DNA of 64,000 nucleotides from Polyangia bacterium (lineage in GTDB: Bacteria > Myxococcota_A > Polyangia > Palsa-1104 > JAEUJZ01). Shown here piece after piece: positions 46,853-57,279 of the stretch; position 1 is the stretch's first letter; the number at the start of each line of letters is the position of its first letter. The notes under the pieces were generated by a model. It saw nothing but the letters and a program-made list of their open reading frames with translations, made no database searches and was not told the origin of the DNA. The position numbers and the translations under genes were made by a program. The stretch is taken from contig JAXLYF010000011.1 of the NCBI GenBank assembly GCA_046351615.1, positions 10,882-74,881 on the forward strand, in the 5' to 3' direction.

Positions 46853-47971
46853 ATGTCTGAGATGCCACCGATTGATCTGGAATCGCTACTACAGCCGATC
46901 TCGGAGCGCGAGCCGTCCGGGGAGTGGCTGCGCTATGAGGGAACGTATGATGCGCTGACAGAAGCGCGTCGCGAAGAAGACGACAGCCTTCCGCAAGGTG
47001 TCTGGCAGATCAAGGTCAAGCGTGCGGATTTTGCGAAGGTTTCGCAACTTGGCCAAAAAGCGCTGCGTGAGCGAAGCAAAGATCTTCAGATCGCGGTCTG
47101 GCTGTGTGAAGCCTGGCTGAAGCTGCATGGCGTGCCCGGAATGACGCTGGGAATTCAGCTCTGTACGCAGCTTTTGTCGCGCTTTTGGCCTTCTCTGTAT
47201 CCGCTGGTGGAAGAAGGGGATGCATCGTATCGGATGGCTCCGCTGGAGCTTCTGTCGAGCAAGATCTCGGTGCGTCTCAAAGAGATTTCTCTGACGGAGC
47301 CGTACGGTGAAAAGTCGGCGCTGTCTTGGATCGACTGGGAGCGTGCGCTGCGCAATGAAAAGGCTTCCAGCGCAGGCGATGAGATCGTGCCAGCCGTGTT
47401 CTTGGCCGCTGCGGCAAACACAAGTGGTCGATTCTATTCAGCGCTGTACACAGAGCTGACTGCGCTGGATGATGCAGCGCGTGCGCTGGAAGATCTGGTG
47501 GTTGAAAAGCTTCCCGATCAGCCAGCGATCTTGCGAGTGCTTCGCAACTTGGTCCGCGATATCCAGGCCTTGATTGCGCAGTACACCCCAGCGCCCGCAG
47601 CCCAGGTTGTGCCTGAGCCAGTGGCCCAGGATGGCAGCCGCAGCGACGGTGAAACAGACCTTGGTGAGCCTTCGGAGGCCGCGATGCATGGCGATGGATC
47701 ATCGGCAGGTCGCTCCAGTGCCCGGGGCGATGCCCGAGGTGAAGATGTTCCAAATGGCCCGATCCGTAGTCGGGTTCAAGCATATCAACGACTTGTAGAA
47801 GCGGCTGAATACCTTCAGCGCACAGAGCCTCACAGTCCGGTGCCGTACCTTGTGAAGCGGGCCGTGGCTTGGGGTAACATGGACCTGATCCAACTTCTTG
47901 GTGAGCTAGTAGCCGAGGGGGGAGATCGCCAGACGATCTATGCGCTGCTGGGGGTAAAGGGGCCGCAGTAG
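46853..47971 (+). CDS. tssA: Type VI secretion protein TssA (ImpA_N domain)
   Basis: ImpA_N signature LLQPISEREPSGEWLRYEGTYDALTEARRE; precedes tssBC. Confidence 0.8.
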   Translation: MSEMPPIDLESLLQPISEREPSGEWLRYEGTYDALTEARREEDDSLPQGVWQIKVKRADFAKVSQLGQKALRERSKDLQIAVWLCEAWLKLHGVPGMTLGIQLCTQLLSRFWPSLYPLVEEGDASYRMAPLELLSSKISVRLKEISLTEPYGEKSALSWIDWERALRNEKASSAGDEIVPAVFLAAAANTSGRFYSALYTELTALDDAARALEDLVVEKLPDQPAILRVLRNLVRDIQALIAQYTPAPAAQVVPEPVAQDGSRSDGETDLGEPSEAAMHGDGSSAGRSSARGDARGEDVPNGPIRSRVQAYQRLVEAAEYLQRTEPHSPVPYLVKRAVAWGNMDLIQLLGELVAEGGDRQTIYALLGVKGPQ

Positions 47972-48072
47972 GACAACAAGAGCAATGGTTCCCATGAGAT
48001 GCCAAGGATTGGCCCTGGCGTCTGTAGATCAAACCGGGGCCTGTATGCCCCACTGGCTGAAGTGAGGAAGCG

Positions 48073-48579
48073 ATGTCTGAGAGTACCCAGCACAAGCTCG
48101 ACCGAGTAAGGCCGCCACGGGTCCAGATCACCTACGATGTGGAGATCGGTGGCGCCATCCAGATGAAGGAACTCCCCTTTGTGGTGGGAATCCTGGCTGA
48201 TCTTGCGGGTCAGCAGGATGCTCTTCCCAAGCTGAAGGAGCGCAAGTTCGTTCAGATCGATCGCGACAACTTTAACCAGGTGCTCGCCAACGTTGCGCCT
48301 CGGCTAAAGTACAGCGTTCCCAATCAGATCAAGAAGGACGGATCGGCCTTCGGTGTGGATCTGACGTTCCGTCATCTGGATGACTTTCATCCCACGGCGA
48401 TCGTGAAGAACACCAAGTCGCTGCGCGAGATGCTAGAGATGCGCCAGCGTCTGGTGGACCTTCTGACCAAGCTGGACGGAAACGAAGAGCTGCAAGGTCA
48501 GCTTCAGAAGCTGCTTGCGGACAAAGAGAAGTTTGGTGCCGTCAAGGCTCTTGCCGCCAAGAGCGCGGTGGCGAGCTAA
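48073..48579 (+). CDS. tssB: Type VI secretion sheath small subunit TssB (VipA)
   Basis: RVQITYDVEIGGAIQMKELPFVVGILADLAG matches VipA/ImpB core. Confidence 0.9.
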   Translation: MSESTQHKLDRVRPPRVQITYDVEIGGAIQMKELPFVVGILADLAGQQDALPKLKERKFVQIDRDNFNQVLANVAPRLKYSVPNQIKKDGSAFGVDLTFRHLDDFHPTAIVKNTKSLREMLEMRQRLVDLLTKLDGNEELQGQLQKLLADKEKFGAVKALAAKSAVAS

Positions 48580-48591
48580 GGAGGGGTTGCC

Positions 48592-50058
48592 GTGGCTGAA
48601 AATGAAACAACGACCAAGACGAGCAATGACATCCTCGACAACCTGATCCGTGACGGCAAGATGGCTCGTGATGAGCTACAGCTTGCGCACTCGCGGACCC
48701 TGATTGGCGAGTTTGTGAACCAGGTGGATCCAGAGCAAGTTCCACCCGCAGCAGATCTGGCCAAGCTGGTGCTTCAGAAGATCGCGCAGATCGATGAAGT
48801 GCTGACGCAGCAGGTCAACGCGATCATGCACGATGAGCGCTTCCAGAAGCTGGAAGGATCGTGGCGCGGTCTGAACTATCTGGTGATGAACACCGAGACC
48901 TCCACTTCGCTCAAGCTGCGTGTGATGCACGCGACGAAGAAGGAGCTGCTAAACGATCTGGAAAAGGCTTCGGAATTCGATCAGAGCAATCTGTTCAAGA
49001 AGATCTATGAAGAGGAGTTTGGTACGTTCGGCGGCGCTCCCTACGGCTGCCTGGTTGGCGACTATGAGTTCGGTCGTCATCCGCAGGACATCTCGCTCCT
49101 GTCCAAGATCTCGAACGTGGCCGCAGCGGCGCATGCTCCGTTCATCAGCGCGGCGAGTCCGAAGCTGTTTGATATGGAAAGCTACACCGAGCTTGGCAAC
49201 CCGCGTGATCTGGCCAAGCTGTTTGAAAGCTCGGAGCTGATTACGTGGCGTTCGTTCCGTGAATCGGAAGACTCTCGCTACGTTGCGCTGACGCTGCCGC
49301 GCGTGCTGGGTCGTCTTCCCTACGGAAGCAAGACGGTTCCGGTGGAAGAGTTCCAGTTCGAAGAAGACACGGACGGAAAAGATCACAGCAAGTATCTGTG
49401 GAGCAACTCCGCGTACGTGCTGGGTCAGCGCGTGACCAACGCGTTTGCGCTGCACAAGTGGACCGCTGCGATTCGCGGTGTGGAAGGTGGCGGAATTGTG
49501 CAGGGACTCCCGGCGCATACCTTCAAGACCGATGAAGGGGATATCGCGCTGAAGTGTCCGACGGAAATCGCCATCACGGATCGCCGTGAAAAGGAGCTGT
49601 CGGATCTGGGCTTTATCGCGCTGTGTCACTGCAAGGACACCGATTACGCGGCGTTCTTTGGTGGCCAGACGACCAACAAGCCCAAGACGTACAACACGCC
49701 GCAGGCCAATGCCAATGCGTCGCTGTCGTCGCAGCTTCCGTACCTGCTCGCTTCGTCGCGGTTTGCGCACTACCTCAAAGCGATCATGCGCGACAAGGTG
49801 GGTAGCTTCCTCACGCGGGAAAATGTTCAGAACTATCTGAACAACTGGATCGCAAACTACATCCTGCTGCGGGATGATGCGGGCCAGGAAACCAAGGCAA
49901 AGTATCCGCTGCGCGAGGCCCGGATCGACGTGTTCGATGTTCCGGGTAAGCCTGGTGTGTACCGTGCGGTTGCATTCCTAAAGCCGCACTTCCAGCTCAA
50001 CGAGCTGACTGCTTCGATTCGCTTGGTGGCAGAGCTTCCTCCGCCTGCCGCTGGTTGA
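48592..50058 (+). CDS. tssC: Type VI secretion sheath large subunit TssC (VipB)
   Basis: HDERFQKLEGSWRGLNYLV, DQSNLFKKIYEEEFGTFGGAPYGCLVGDYEF match VipB/ImpC. Confidence 0.92.
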   Translation: MAENETTTKTSNDILDNLIRDGKMARDELQLAHSRTLIGEFVNQVDPEQVPPAADLAKLVLQKIAQIDEVLTQQVNAIMHDERFQKLEGSWRGLNYLVMNTETSTSLKLRVMHATKKELLNDLEKASEFDQSNLFKKIYEEEFGTFGGAPYGCLVGDYEFGRHPQDISLLSKISNVAAAAHAPFISAASPKLFDMESYTELGNPRDLAKLFESSELITWRSFRESEDSRYVALTLPRVLGRLPYGSKTVPVEEFQFEEDTDGKDHSKYLWSNSAYVLGQRVTNAFALHKWTAAIRGVEGGGIVQGLPAHTFKTDEGDIALKCPTEIAITDRREKELSDLGFIALCHCKDTDYAAFFGGQTTNKPKTYNTPQANANASLSSQLPYLLASSRFAHYLKAIMRDKVGSFLTRENVQNYLNNWIANYILLRDDAGQETKAKYPLREARIDVFDVPGKPGVYRAVAFLKPHFQLNELTASIRLVAELPPPAAG

Positions 50059-50122
50059 TCACTGAATGCTATGGAAGTGCCTCTCCTTCTCACGGAGGCA
50101 GAGGCCGTAAGGGGAATTCGAG

Positions 50123-50611
50123 ATGCAAAACATTTTCTGGGAAATTGAAGGAATCAAGGGAGAGTCGACCTCCGATCAGGGCAAGGACATGATCGAGCTT
50201 CTGTCCTATAACCACGGTGTTTCGATGCCGCTCACCTCGGGTCCGTCGAACACCAGCCGCGCCTCCGGTCGCTGTGTCCACCAGGACTTCACCGTGACCA
50301 AGCATGCGGACTTGGCCTCGCCGACGCTCAACCTCAAGTGCTGCGGTGGCGAAGACATCAAGTCGATGAAGGTCCACGTTTGGAAGGCCGACAGCGCCGG
50401 CAAGCCGATCGAGTACCTGACCTATACGTTCGATTCCTGCATCGTGACCAGCGTCTCTGTGGGCGGTGGTGGCGATCAGCCGATCGAGACGATTACGTTT
50501 AGCTACAAGAAGATCACCTGGGACTACAACCAGCAGCTCCAGGCTCAGCCAGGTGGCAAGAAGGGCAAGAACTCTTCGAAGTGGTCGCTCGAAGAGAACA
50601 AGGGCAGCTAA
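50123..50611 (+). CDS. hcp: Hcp (TssD) inner tube protein
   Basis: 162 aa; IEGIKGEST...TKHADLASPTLNLKCCGGEDIKSMKV...ITFSYKKITWDY typical Hcp. Confidence 0.9.
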   Translation: MQNIFWEIEGIKGESTSDQGKDMIELLSYNHGVSMPLTSGPSNTSRASGRCVHQDFTVTKHADLASPTLNLKCCGGEDIKSMKVHVWKADSAGKPIEYLTYTFDSCIVTSVSVGGGGDQPIETITFSYKKITWDYNQQLQAQPGGKKGKNSSKWSLEENKGS

Positions 50612-50679
50612 GTCGACAAGACCGACACCATCGGTCTGTGACTTTGCTTGCTTTGCAATGAGTTAGGAAACGTCAAACG

Positions 50680-51159
50680 ATGCCGCTTCCATCCAAACAG
50701 CACGTCGCTGCGGTTCCGCTATTTGAGCGGCTCTCTGATCGAAAGCCAGAGCAGCCGCGCGAGCCGGTTCCGCTGCGTACGCTGTCGTTTCCTGACTTGC
50801 TAGCGTCCGTTCAGGATGAGGTTGCGCGACTCCTTAACACCAGAACGGGTCTGTCTTCCCATGAGCTGCTCGAGCGGGAGCGCTCTGTCATCGATTTTGG
50901 GGCCAGCGATTTGCTTTGGGTCAATCCATACGATCCACAGTCGATGCGGCACTTGGTACAGATGCTTGCGCAGACCGTGGAAGCATTTGAACCTCGGCTC
51001 GCGCATCCGCGTGTGACGGTTGTTCAGTTCGTGCAAACAGAGTCCAAGCTCATCCTCAACATCAGCGGAACCCTGATCACGCAAGATCTGCGCGAGCCGG
51101 TGTCGTTCCGGGTGATGGCCAGTCCTCGTCTTCTGGAGCATCGTAGCCATGAGCAGTGA
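50680..51159 (+). CDS. tssE: Type VI secretion baseplate protein TssE (gp25-like)
   Basis: SVQDEVARLLNTR...AFEPRL (GPW/gp25 family signature). Confidence 0.85.
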   Translation: MPLPSKQHVAAVPLFERLSDRKPEQPREPVPLRTLSFPDLLASVQDEVARLLNTRTGLSSHELLERERSVIDFGASDLLWVNPYDPQSMRHLVQMLAQTVEAFEPRLAHPRVTVVQFVQTESKLILNISGTLITQDLREPVSFRVMASPRLLEHRSHEQ

Positions 51160-52957
51160 AGCCAAAGACGAGCTGCTGCGCTCCTATCAGCGCGAGCTAC
51201 AGTATCTGCGCTCGATGGGCGCGGAGTTTGCGCGAAAGTATCCGAAGATCGCGTCCCGACTTGATCTGTCTGCTGAAGCGTGTGCGGATCCCCACGTTGA
51301 GCGACTGATCGAGAGCTTTGCGTTTCTGACCGCACGACTTCAGCAGCGACTGGATGCGGACTTTCCGCTCCTGACAACTTCTCTGCTGGACTGTCTGTAT
51401 CCTCATCTTTTGCAGACCGTTCCTTCGATGTCGATTGCGCACTTCGATGTCGATCCAGAGCAAGGTCTGCCGCTGGGTGGGTTCTCTGTTCGCAAGGGCT
51501 CGCGGCTGTTTGCTCAGACGGACACCGGGGCACTCTGTCGATTCCGAACCGGCAGTGAGATCACGCTCTGGCCGATCGAGATTGTCTCTGCGCAGATTGA
51601 AGCGACGGATCGATATCCGTATCTGGATGCGTATCCCAAAGGGATCGCAATGCTGCGGCTGAAGCTGGTCTGTCAGACTGGCAGCTTCAATGAACTGGAT
51701 CTGCGATCGCTGCGTCTGTTTGTGAATGCCAGCGCAGAAGTCGCGTCCGCGATCTATGATCTGCTGACTGCATCTACCGTCGGTGTAGCGCTGCTTCCTG
51801 ATGGTCGTCCTGAAGTGCAGTATCTGGGACCGCAAGCGCTTCGTCCGGTTGGCTTGGAAGCGGATCAGGCGCTGCTTCCTTCCCCGGACTATGCGCATCC
51901 GGCGTATCGACTGCTTCAGGAATACTTTGTCTTCCCGCAGAAGTTTCTGTTCTTCGATGTCGATCTACCGCGCATCCAGCTTGCGAGAAAAAGCGCCGAT
52001 CTGCTGATCCTGCTTTCGGAAGTTCCGCCGCGCTCTGTCTCGGTTGGGAAGAGCACGTTCCTGCTGGGCTGCGCACCGATCATCAACCTGTTTGGAAAGA
52101 CAGCGGAGCCGATTCGGCTGACGCACAAGCTGCCGGAATATCAGCTCATCGCGGACAAGCGCGAAGAAAAGACCTGCGAGATTCACTCGATCGACAAGGT
52201 GTCGATGAGTGCGGATCCATCTTCCAGTCAGGTGATAGCTCCGTTCTTTTCGTTCAATCACCCAGCGAGCGGAGACCAGCATCAAGCGTTCTATTACGCG
52301 CAGCGCAGACCGACTGGACGCGCGGACATGGTGGGCTGTGACACCTATCTGTCGTTTGTCGATCTGCGCTTCAAACCGACGCAGCCAGCGACGCAGACTG
52401 TCTTTGCACACACGCTCTGTACCAACCGCGACTTGGCCGCACAGATGCCCGCACGGGCGCGACTGCAGATGGAAGACTCTGCGCCTGTGAAGTCGGTGGT
52501 CTGTCTGTCCAAGCCAACAGAGCCGATTACGCCGCCGCTGGGAGGCGCTGCGCTGTGGCAGCTGGTGTCGCATCTGTCGCTCAATCACTTGTCTCTCATC
52601 GGTGGAAGAGAGAGCCGTGATGCGCTGCGGGAGATCCTGCGACTGTATCGCATGAGTCCAACCACAGCGACGGAAAATCAGATCTTAGGAATCTATGAGC
52701 TGCGCTGTGTTCCCAAGACGCTTCAAGCGGGACGCGATGCGTGGCGCGGCTTTGTTCACGGTCAAGAAGTACAGATTGTCTTTGATGAGTCGATGTATGT
52801 CGGTCAGAGCGCGCTGATGATGTCTGCCGTGCTGAGCCGCTTCTTCGGTCTGTACACTGCGGTCAACTCATTTACAACGCTGGTGGTTCGTAGTCGCCAG
52901 CGACAGGAGGCGTGGAAGAAATGGCCACCACTGGCGGGCTCCCGCAACCTTCTGTAA
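51149..52957 (+). CDS. tssF: Type VI secretion baseplate protein TssF
   Basis: YQRELQYLRSMGAEFARKYPKIASRL...DPHVERLIESFAFLTARL...FPLLTTSLLDCLYPHLLQTVPSMSIAHF. Confidence 0.9.
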   Translation: MSSEAKDELLRSYQRELQYLRSMGAEFARKYPKIASRLDLSAEACADPHVERLIESFAFLTARLQQRLDADFPLLTTSLLDCLYPHLLQTVPSMSIAHFDVDPEQGLPLGGFSVRKGSRLFAQTDTGALCRFRTGSEITLWPIEIVSAQIEATDRYPYLDAYPKGIAMLRLKLVCQTGSFNELDLRSLRLFVNASAEVASAIYDLLTASTVGVALLPDGRPEVQYLGPQALRPVGLEADQALLPSPDYAHPAYRLLQEYFVFPQKFLFFDVDLPRIQLARKSADLLILLSEVPPRSVSVGKSTFLLGCAPIINLFGKTAEPIRLTHKLPEYQLIADKREEKTCEIHSIDKVSMSADPSSSQVIAPFFSFNHPASGDQHQAFYYAQRRPTGRADMVGCDTYLSFVDLRFKPTQPATQTVFAHTLCTNRDLAAQMPARARLQMEDSAPVKSVVCLSKPTEPITPPLGGAALWQLVSHLSLNHLSLIGGRESRDALREILRLYRMSPTTATENQILGIYELRCVPKTLQAGRDAWRGFVHGQEVQIVFDESMYVGQSALMMSAVLSRFFGLYTAVNSFTTLVVRSRQRQEAWKKWPPLAGSRNLL

Positions 52958-54000
52958 TTGATGAGCTGTATAAAGATCCGCAGCGCTTCAACTTCTTTCA
53001 GCTGGTGCGGCTGCTGGAGATGCTTGCGCCAGCGTCCGAGTCACTGGGTGAAGGTGGCGAGCCAGCACTGGAAGCGGTGCGATTCCGTTCTTCCTTTTCG
53101 CTGGCATTTCCCGCAAGTGACATCGCTGCGATCGAGCGACCGAGCACCGAAGATGGCGTCCCCACCGTAACGGTTTCGATGCTTGGCTTGGGTGGTGCGC
53201 ACGGACCGCTTCCGCACAGCATGACAGACTGGGTGCTGGAACGGAATGCAGCGCGCGATCATGCGCTGCGTGACTTTCTGGACATCTTTGATCATCGCTT
53301 GGTGTCTCTGCTGTTTCGGGTTCGTCAGCGCTGTAAGCTGGGAACAGAGTGGACATCCCCCGACGAGCATCACTTCACAGAGTTCCTGTATGCACTGATG
53401 GGAATGCTGACGGAAGGACTGCGCGAGCGGCTGAAGGTTCCTGATCGTGCGCTGCTTCGCTATGCAGGACTACTGACCAAGCAGCCGCGTGATGCGGCGG
53501 GACTGGAGCGACTCCTGACCGATCACTTTCAGGTCAAAGTGATCTGCCATCAGCTTCGCGGAATGATGCGTCCGATCGAAGAAGAGCAGTGGACAAAGAT
53601 CGGACTGAGCGGTCAAAACCAGCTGCTTGGGAGCCAAGCGCTCGTCGGAACGATGGTCTGGGATCAGCAAGCAGGAATCGAGCTGGAAGTCGGACCGCTG
53701 CCGTGGAATCGCTATCTGGACTTTTTGCCGGGACAGCCGGGACTGCAAGCGCTGATTCAGCTTGCGCGATTTTACATCGGACCAGAGTTTGAGATCTTTG
53801 TCGCGCTGCTCATCCAAGCGGAAGAGATTCCGCGCGCACGGCTGAGTCAGCCGATCAGTGACAAGCCACCTGCGTCGGAGCAGCCGGTCTTGGGATTGAC
53901 CTCGTTTCTGTCGTACGGGACCAAGCTGCGCGGGACTCCCAGAGTCGCGCTGGGTGCGGTGGCCCGATACAGCGATGAACCACTGAGGGCGACGCCGTGA
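52912..54000 (+). CDS. tssG: Type VI secretion baseplate protein TssG
   Basis: PQRFNFFQLVRLLEML (TssG N-terminal signature); overlaps tssF end and vgrG start. Confidence 0.85.
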   Translation: MEEMATTGGLPQPSVIDELYKDPQRFNFFQLVRLLEMLAPASESLGEGGEPALEAVRFRSSFSLAFPASDIAAIERPSTEDGVPTVTVSMLGLGGAHGPLPHSMTDWVLERNAARDHALRDFLDIFDHRLVSLLFRVRQRCKLGTEWTSPDEHHFTEFLYALMGMLTEGLRERLKVPDRALLRYAGLLTKQPRDAAGLERLLTDHFQVKVICHQLRGMMRPIEEEQWTKIGLSGQNQLLGSQALVGTMVWDQQAGIELEVGPLPWNRYLDFLPGQPGLQALIQLARFYIGPEFEIFVALLIQAEEIPRARLSQPISDKPPASEQPVLGLTSFLSYGTKLRGTPRVALGAVARYSDEPLRATP

Positions 54001-56033
54001 GCGATCATGATTTTCTAAGTGCATCGACTCCTGCTGCGGATGCCTTGGTCTTGGAGTCTTTTCAGGGACAGGAAGAGCTGTCTCTGCCGTTTCTGTATAC
54101 GCTTCAGTTTCTGTCCAAAGATCGCAAGCTCGACTTCAAGAAGCTGATGGGAAAGGCGGTCACGATCACGATCGCACTTCCTGACAAGTCGAAGCGCTAC
54201 ATCTGCGGAATCGTGTCGCGCTTTATTGAATCGGGATACGATCCCAAGCACACGATCTACATCGCGGAGCTGCGTCCGTGGCTGTGGCTGCTGACGCTGC
54301 ATGCGGACAATCGGATCTTTCAAAACAAGAGCGTTCCCGAGATCATCGAAGAGGTCTTTTCGGACCTCGGTCTTAAGGACTTCAAAAAGAGCCTGAAGGG
54401 AACGTACGCCAAGCGTGAGTTCTGTGTTCAGTATCAGGAGTCGAGCTTTGACTTTGTCAGCCGCCTGATGGAAGACGAAGGAATCTTCTATTACTTCGAA
54501 CACACCGACGGAAAACACACGATGGTGCTGGCCGATGATAGCGATGGCTACGCCAAGTGTACGGGCTCTGATGAAGTGCGGATGGGACTGGATGACTCTC
54601 CGAACTGTCTGCGTGACTGCACGTTTGAGGAGTCGCTGGTTTCGACAGGATACGCACTGACCGATTACAACTTCGAGATTCCTTCGACCGATCTGTTCGT
54701 GAAGACAGGCGGTGGGAGTCCGGCGCTGGTCGTCTACGATCATCCCGGAAATTACGCCAAGAAGAACGATGGCGAGAAGCTGGCCAAGCTGCGGATTGAA
54801 TCCGTTGAACATGCCCAGAAAGTGCTGCGCGCAAGTGGAAATGCGCGTGGCTTTACGTCGGGTGGAAAGTTCAAGCTGACCAAGCACGATCGCAGCGATC
54901 TCAATCAGGAGTATGTGATTCGCAGCGTGTCTCACATTGCGGATCGCGGAAACTACGGAAACTCGATCGAAGCACTGCCGGCCTCTGTGGTGTTTCGTCC
55001 ACCACGTCGTACCCGTCGACAGATGGCACTGGGAAGCCAGACTGCGGTGGTGGTTGGCAAGTCCGGTGAAGAGATGTGGACCGACAAATACGGTCGCGTC
55101 AAAGTGCAGTTTCCGTGGGATCGCAAAGGAAAGAAGGACGAAAACAGCTCGTGCTGGGTACGCGTTGCGCAGCACTGGGCGGGCAAGGGCTACGGAACGT
55201 TCTTTCTGCCGCGCATCGGTCAGGAAGTGGTGATTACGTTCATTGATGGGAATCCCGATAGACCGCTGATTACCGGCGCTGTGTATAACGCGGAACAGAC
55301 GGTTCCCTACGCACTTCCAGACAACCAGACCAAGAGCACGACCAAGTCGCGAACCAGCAAGGGCGGTGGTGGCTTTAACGAGATTCGTCTGGAAGACAAG
55401 AAGGACTCCGAAGAGATCTACGTTCATGCGCAGAAGGACATGAACATCGAGGTCAAGCACGACCGCACCGCCAAGATCGAAAATGACTGCAAGACAGAGA
55501 TCAAAAATGATCGCAGCGCGAAGATCGATAACAACGACAAGACGGTGGTGAAAAAGAACCGTGAAGTCGAAGTGACCGAAGGCGATGAGCTGCTGCAAGT
55601 GAAGAAGGGGAATCGGACGATCTCTGTCGACAAAGGCGATGAAAAGCACACCGTCAAAGGCAAGCGAGAAGTCTCTGTAGAAAAAGACGAAAAGCACAGC
55701 AACAAAGCGAAGTTCAGCCACACGGTCGATAAGGACTACATCTTGACCATCAAAGGAAACCTCACGATTGAGGTGGATGGCGACATCAAGATCAAGTCGA
55801 AGAAGGGCATCAAAGCAGAGGCCTCTGCTGCGGTGGATCTCAAGTCAGGAGCGGATATGAAGCTCAAGGCGGGAGCCAACATGAAGCAGGAAGCGGCTGT
55901 GAACATGGATGTCAAAGCGGGTGTGGGAATGAAGCTGGAAGGCGTCAACATCGACGTGAAAGCGTCAGCGATGGCGAAGCTGGAAGGCGGTGCAATGGCT
56001 GCGATCAAGGGTGCACTACTAAAGCTGAACTAA
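53997..56033 (+). CDS. vgrG: VgrG (TssI) spike protein, core form (678 aa) without C-terminal effector extension
   Basis: LESFQGQEELSLPFLYTLQFLS, RYICGIVSRF, LRPWLWLLTLHADNRIFQNKSVPEII, gp5-like C-terminal beta-helix repeats (EVKHDRTAKIENDCKTEIKNDRSAKIDNND...). Confidence 0.9.
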   Translation: MSDHDFLSASTPAADALVLESFQGQEELSLPFLYTLQFLSKDRKLDFKKLMGKAVTITIALPDKSKRYICGIVSRFIESGYDPKHTIYIAELRPWLWLLTLHADNRIFQNKSVPEIIEEVFSDLGLKDFKKSLKGTYAKREFCVQYQESSFDFVSRLMEDEGIFYYFEHTDGKHTMVLADDSDGYAKCTGSDEVRMGLDDSPNCLRDCTFEESLVSTGYALTDYNFEIPSTDLFVKTGGGSPALVVYDHPGNYAKKNDGEKLAKLRIESVEHAQKVLRASGNARGFTSGGKFKLTKHDRSDLNQEYVIRSVSHIADRGNYGNSIEALPASVVFRPPRRTRRQMALGSQTAVVVGKSGEEMWTDKYGRVKVQFPWDRKGKKDENSSCWVRVAQHWAGKGYGTFFLPRIGQEVVITFIDGNPDRPLITGAVYNAEQTVPYALPDNQTKSTTKSRTSKGGGGFNEIRLEDKKDSEEIYVHAQKDMNIEVKHDRTAKIENDCKTEIKNDRSAKIDNNDKTVVKKNREVEVTEGDELLQVKKGNRTISVDKGDEKHTVKGKREVSVEKDEKHSNKAKFSHTVDKDYILTIKGNLTIEVDGDIKIKSKKGIKAEASAAVDLKSGADMKLKAGANMKQEAAVNMDVKAGVGMKLEGVNIDVKASAMAKLEGGAMAAIKGALLKLN

Positions 56034-56034
56034 C

Positions 56035-57279
56035 ATGAGCGAAGAGTCACAGCATACACAGGACACAGCGTCCCATCCGAGCACTGGCGCAGCGGAGAGC
56101 GAGCATGTAGAGCACGATGCCGATGGCAACGTCAGCATGCGTGGACCTCTCCGTGATGGAAAGATGGACGGGGAGTTTTCCTTTTTCCAGCACGGAAAGC
56201 TGTTTCAAAAATCGCACTATAAAGACGATCAACTCGACGGAGAATCGATCGAGTACTTCCCAAGTGGAAAGGTCTGTCAGCGCGTTCATTTCAAGGCCGG
56301 AAAGATCACCGGACTCTTGCGGCGCTTTGATGAACAGGGTCGTCCTGAGCTGCTGGCTGCGTACGTTCAAGGCGAGCTACATGGCGACATGGTGACCTAT
56401 GAAAACGGTCAGATGCAGAGCCAGCAGCACCATGTCAAAGGCAAGAAGCACGGAGTCGGAATCATTTATTCTCCCGACGGAAGTCCACTGCTGTCTGCGC
56501 AGTTTCAGAACGACAAACGACATGGCGAAGCGGTCTACTTTGGACCGCGTGGCGTGGTGGTTCGTCGTGAGCCGTATGTGGAAGGACTGATTCACGGAAC
56601 CGTTCAGGACTTCATGCCAGATGGTCGGCTGCGCGAAAGCAGTCAGTATGTTGCGGGCAAGCTGCATGGTGAGTCGCTGGTGTTTCATCCAAACGGAAAG
56701 CTGCAGCGACGGACTCGCTATGAGCAGGGGGCTCCCGTCGGTACGCCGGAGCAGTTTGATGAAAAGGGGCGTCCGCTTCAGACTGCGCAGGGACCGACGA
56801 CTCCTTCGGTGGAAGCACAAGCGGCGGATGCGGCCAAGCAGTCTGCGATTCGCGGTCTGATGGATGTGGCGCGCAAGAAGGTGGTCGCTGCGGTGGTTCC
56901 TGCTGTGACTGGAGCGTTCAGCGGTGCTGCGATGCCAGCGGCTCCCGAGCTTCCCAGTGCACCGGAGCTTCCGCAAGCACCGGAGGTTCCGCAGGTTCCA
57001 GAGTCTCCGGTAGAGAAGCCTGAGCTTGGTGAAGCTGCGCAAAAGCTGGCGGAAAAAGTCAAAGAACAAGCAGCAGAGAAGGCAGCGGAGCAGGCCGCAG
57101 AAAAAGCCGCAGAAAAATCCGATGCCAAGGCGCTGGCCGCGAAGGTGGATGCGTCCGCAGCAAAGGCTGCAAAGAAAGCGCCACCACCGCCACCGCCGCC
57201 ACGCAAGGGCCTGATCTTGGAGCCTCCGAACATCGGTACGCTGCCTAGAACAGAGCCACCGACACCAAGGGGGAAGTGA
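56035..57279 (+). CDS. MORN-variant repeat protein (YwqK-like repeats) with low-complexity C-terminus (PEL/PEV repeats, AEKAAEQAAEKAAEK, poly-Pro)
   Basis: Repeated G..DG....Y..NGKL motifs (FFQHGKLFQKSHYKDDQLDGESIEYFPSGKV..., VTYENGQMQSQQHHVKGKKHGVGIIYSPDGS..., LVFHPNGKLQRRTRYEQG); tail APELPSAPELPQAPEVPQVPESP...PPPPPPPRKG. Confidence 0.7.
   Translation: MSEESQHTQDTASHPSTGAAESEHVEHDADGNVSMRGPLRDGKMDGEFSFFQHGKLFQKSHYKDDQLDGESIEYFPSGKVCQRVHFKAGKITGLLRRFDEQGRPELLAAYVQGELHGDMVTYENGQMQSQQHHVKGKKHGVGIIYSPDGSPLLSAQFQNDKRHGEAVYFGPRGVVVRREPYVEGLIHGTVQDFMPDGRLRESSQYVAGKLHGESLVFHPNGKLQRRTRYEQGAPVGTPEQFDEKGRPLQTAQGPTTPSVEAQAADAAKQSAIRGLMDVARKKVVAAVVPAVTGAFSGAAMPAAPELPSAPELPQAPEVPQVPESPVEKPELGEAAQKLAEKVKEQAAEKAAEQAAEKAAEKSDAKALAAKVDASAAKAAKKAPPPPPPPRKGLILEPPNIGTLPRTEPPTPRGK

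Noticed and set aside
51197-52588. Minus-strand ORFs (233 and 207 aa) within tssF
   Set aside because: Antisense shadow ORFs.
54015-55721. 568-aa minus-strand ORF inside vgrG
   Set aside because: Shadow ORF; vgrG on plus strand has strong family signatures.
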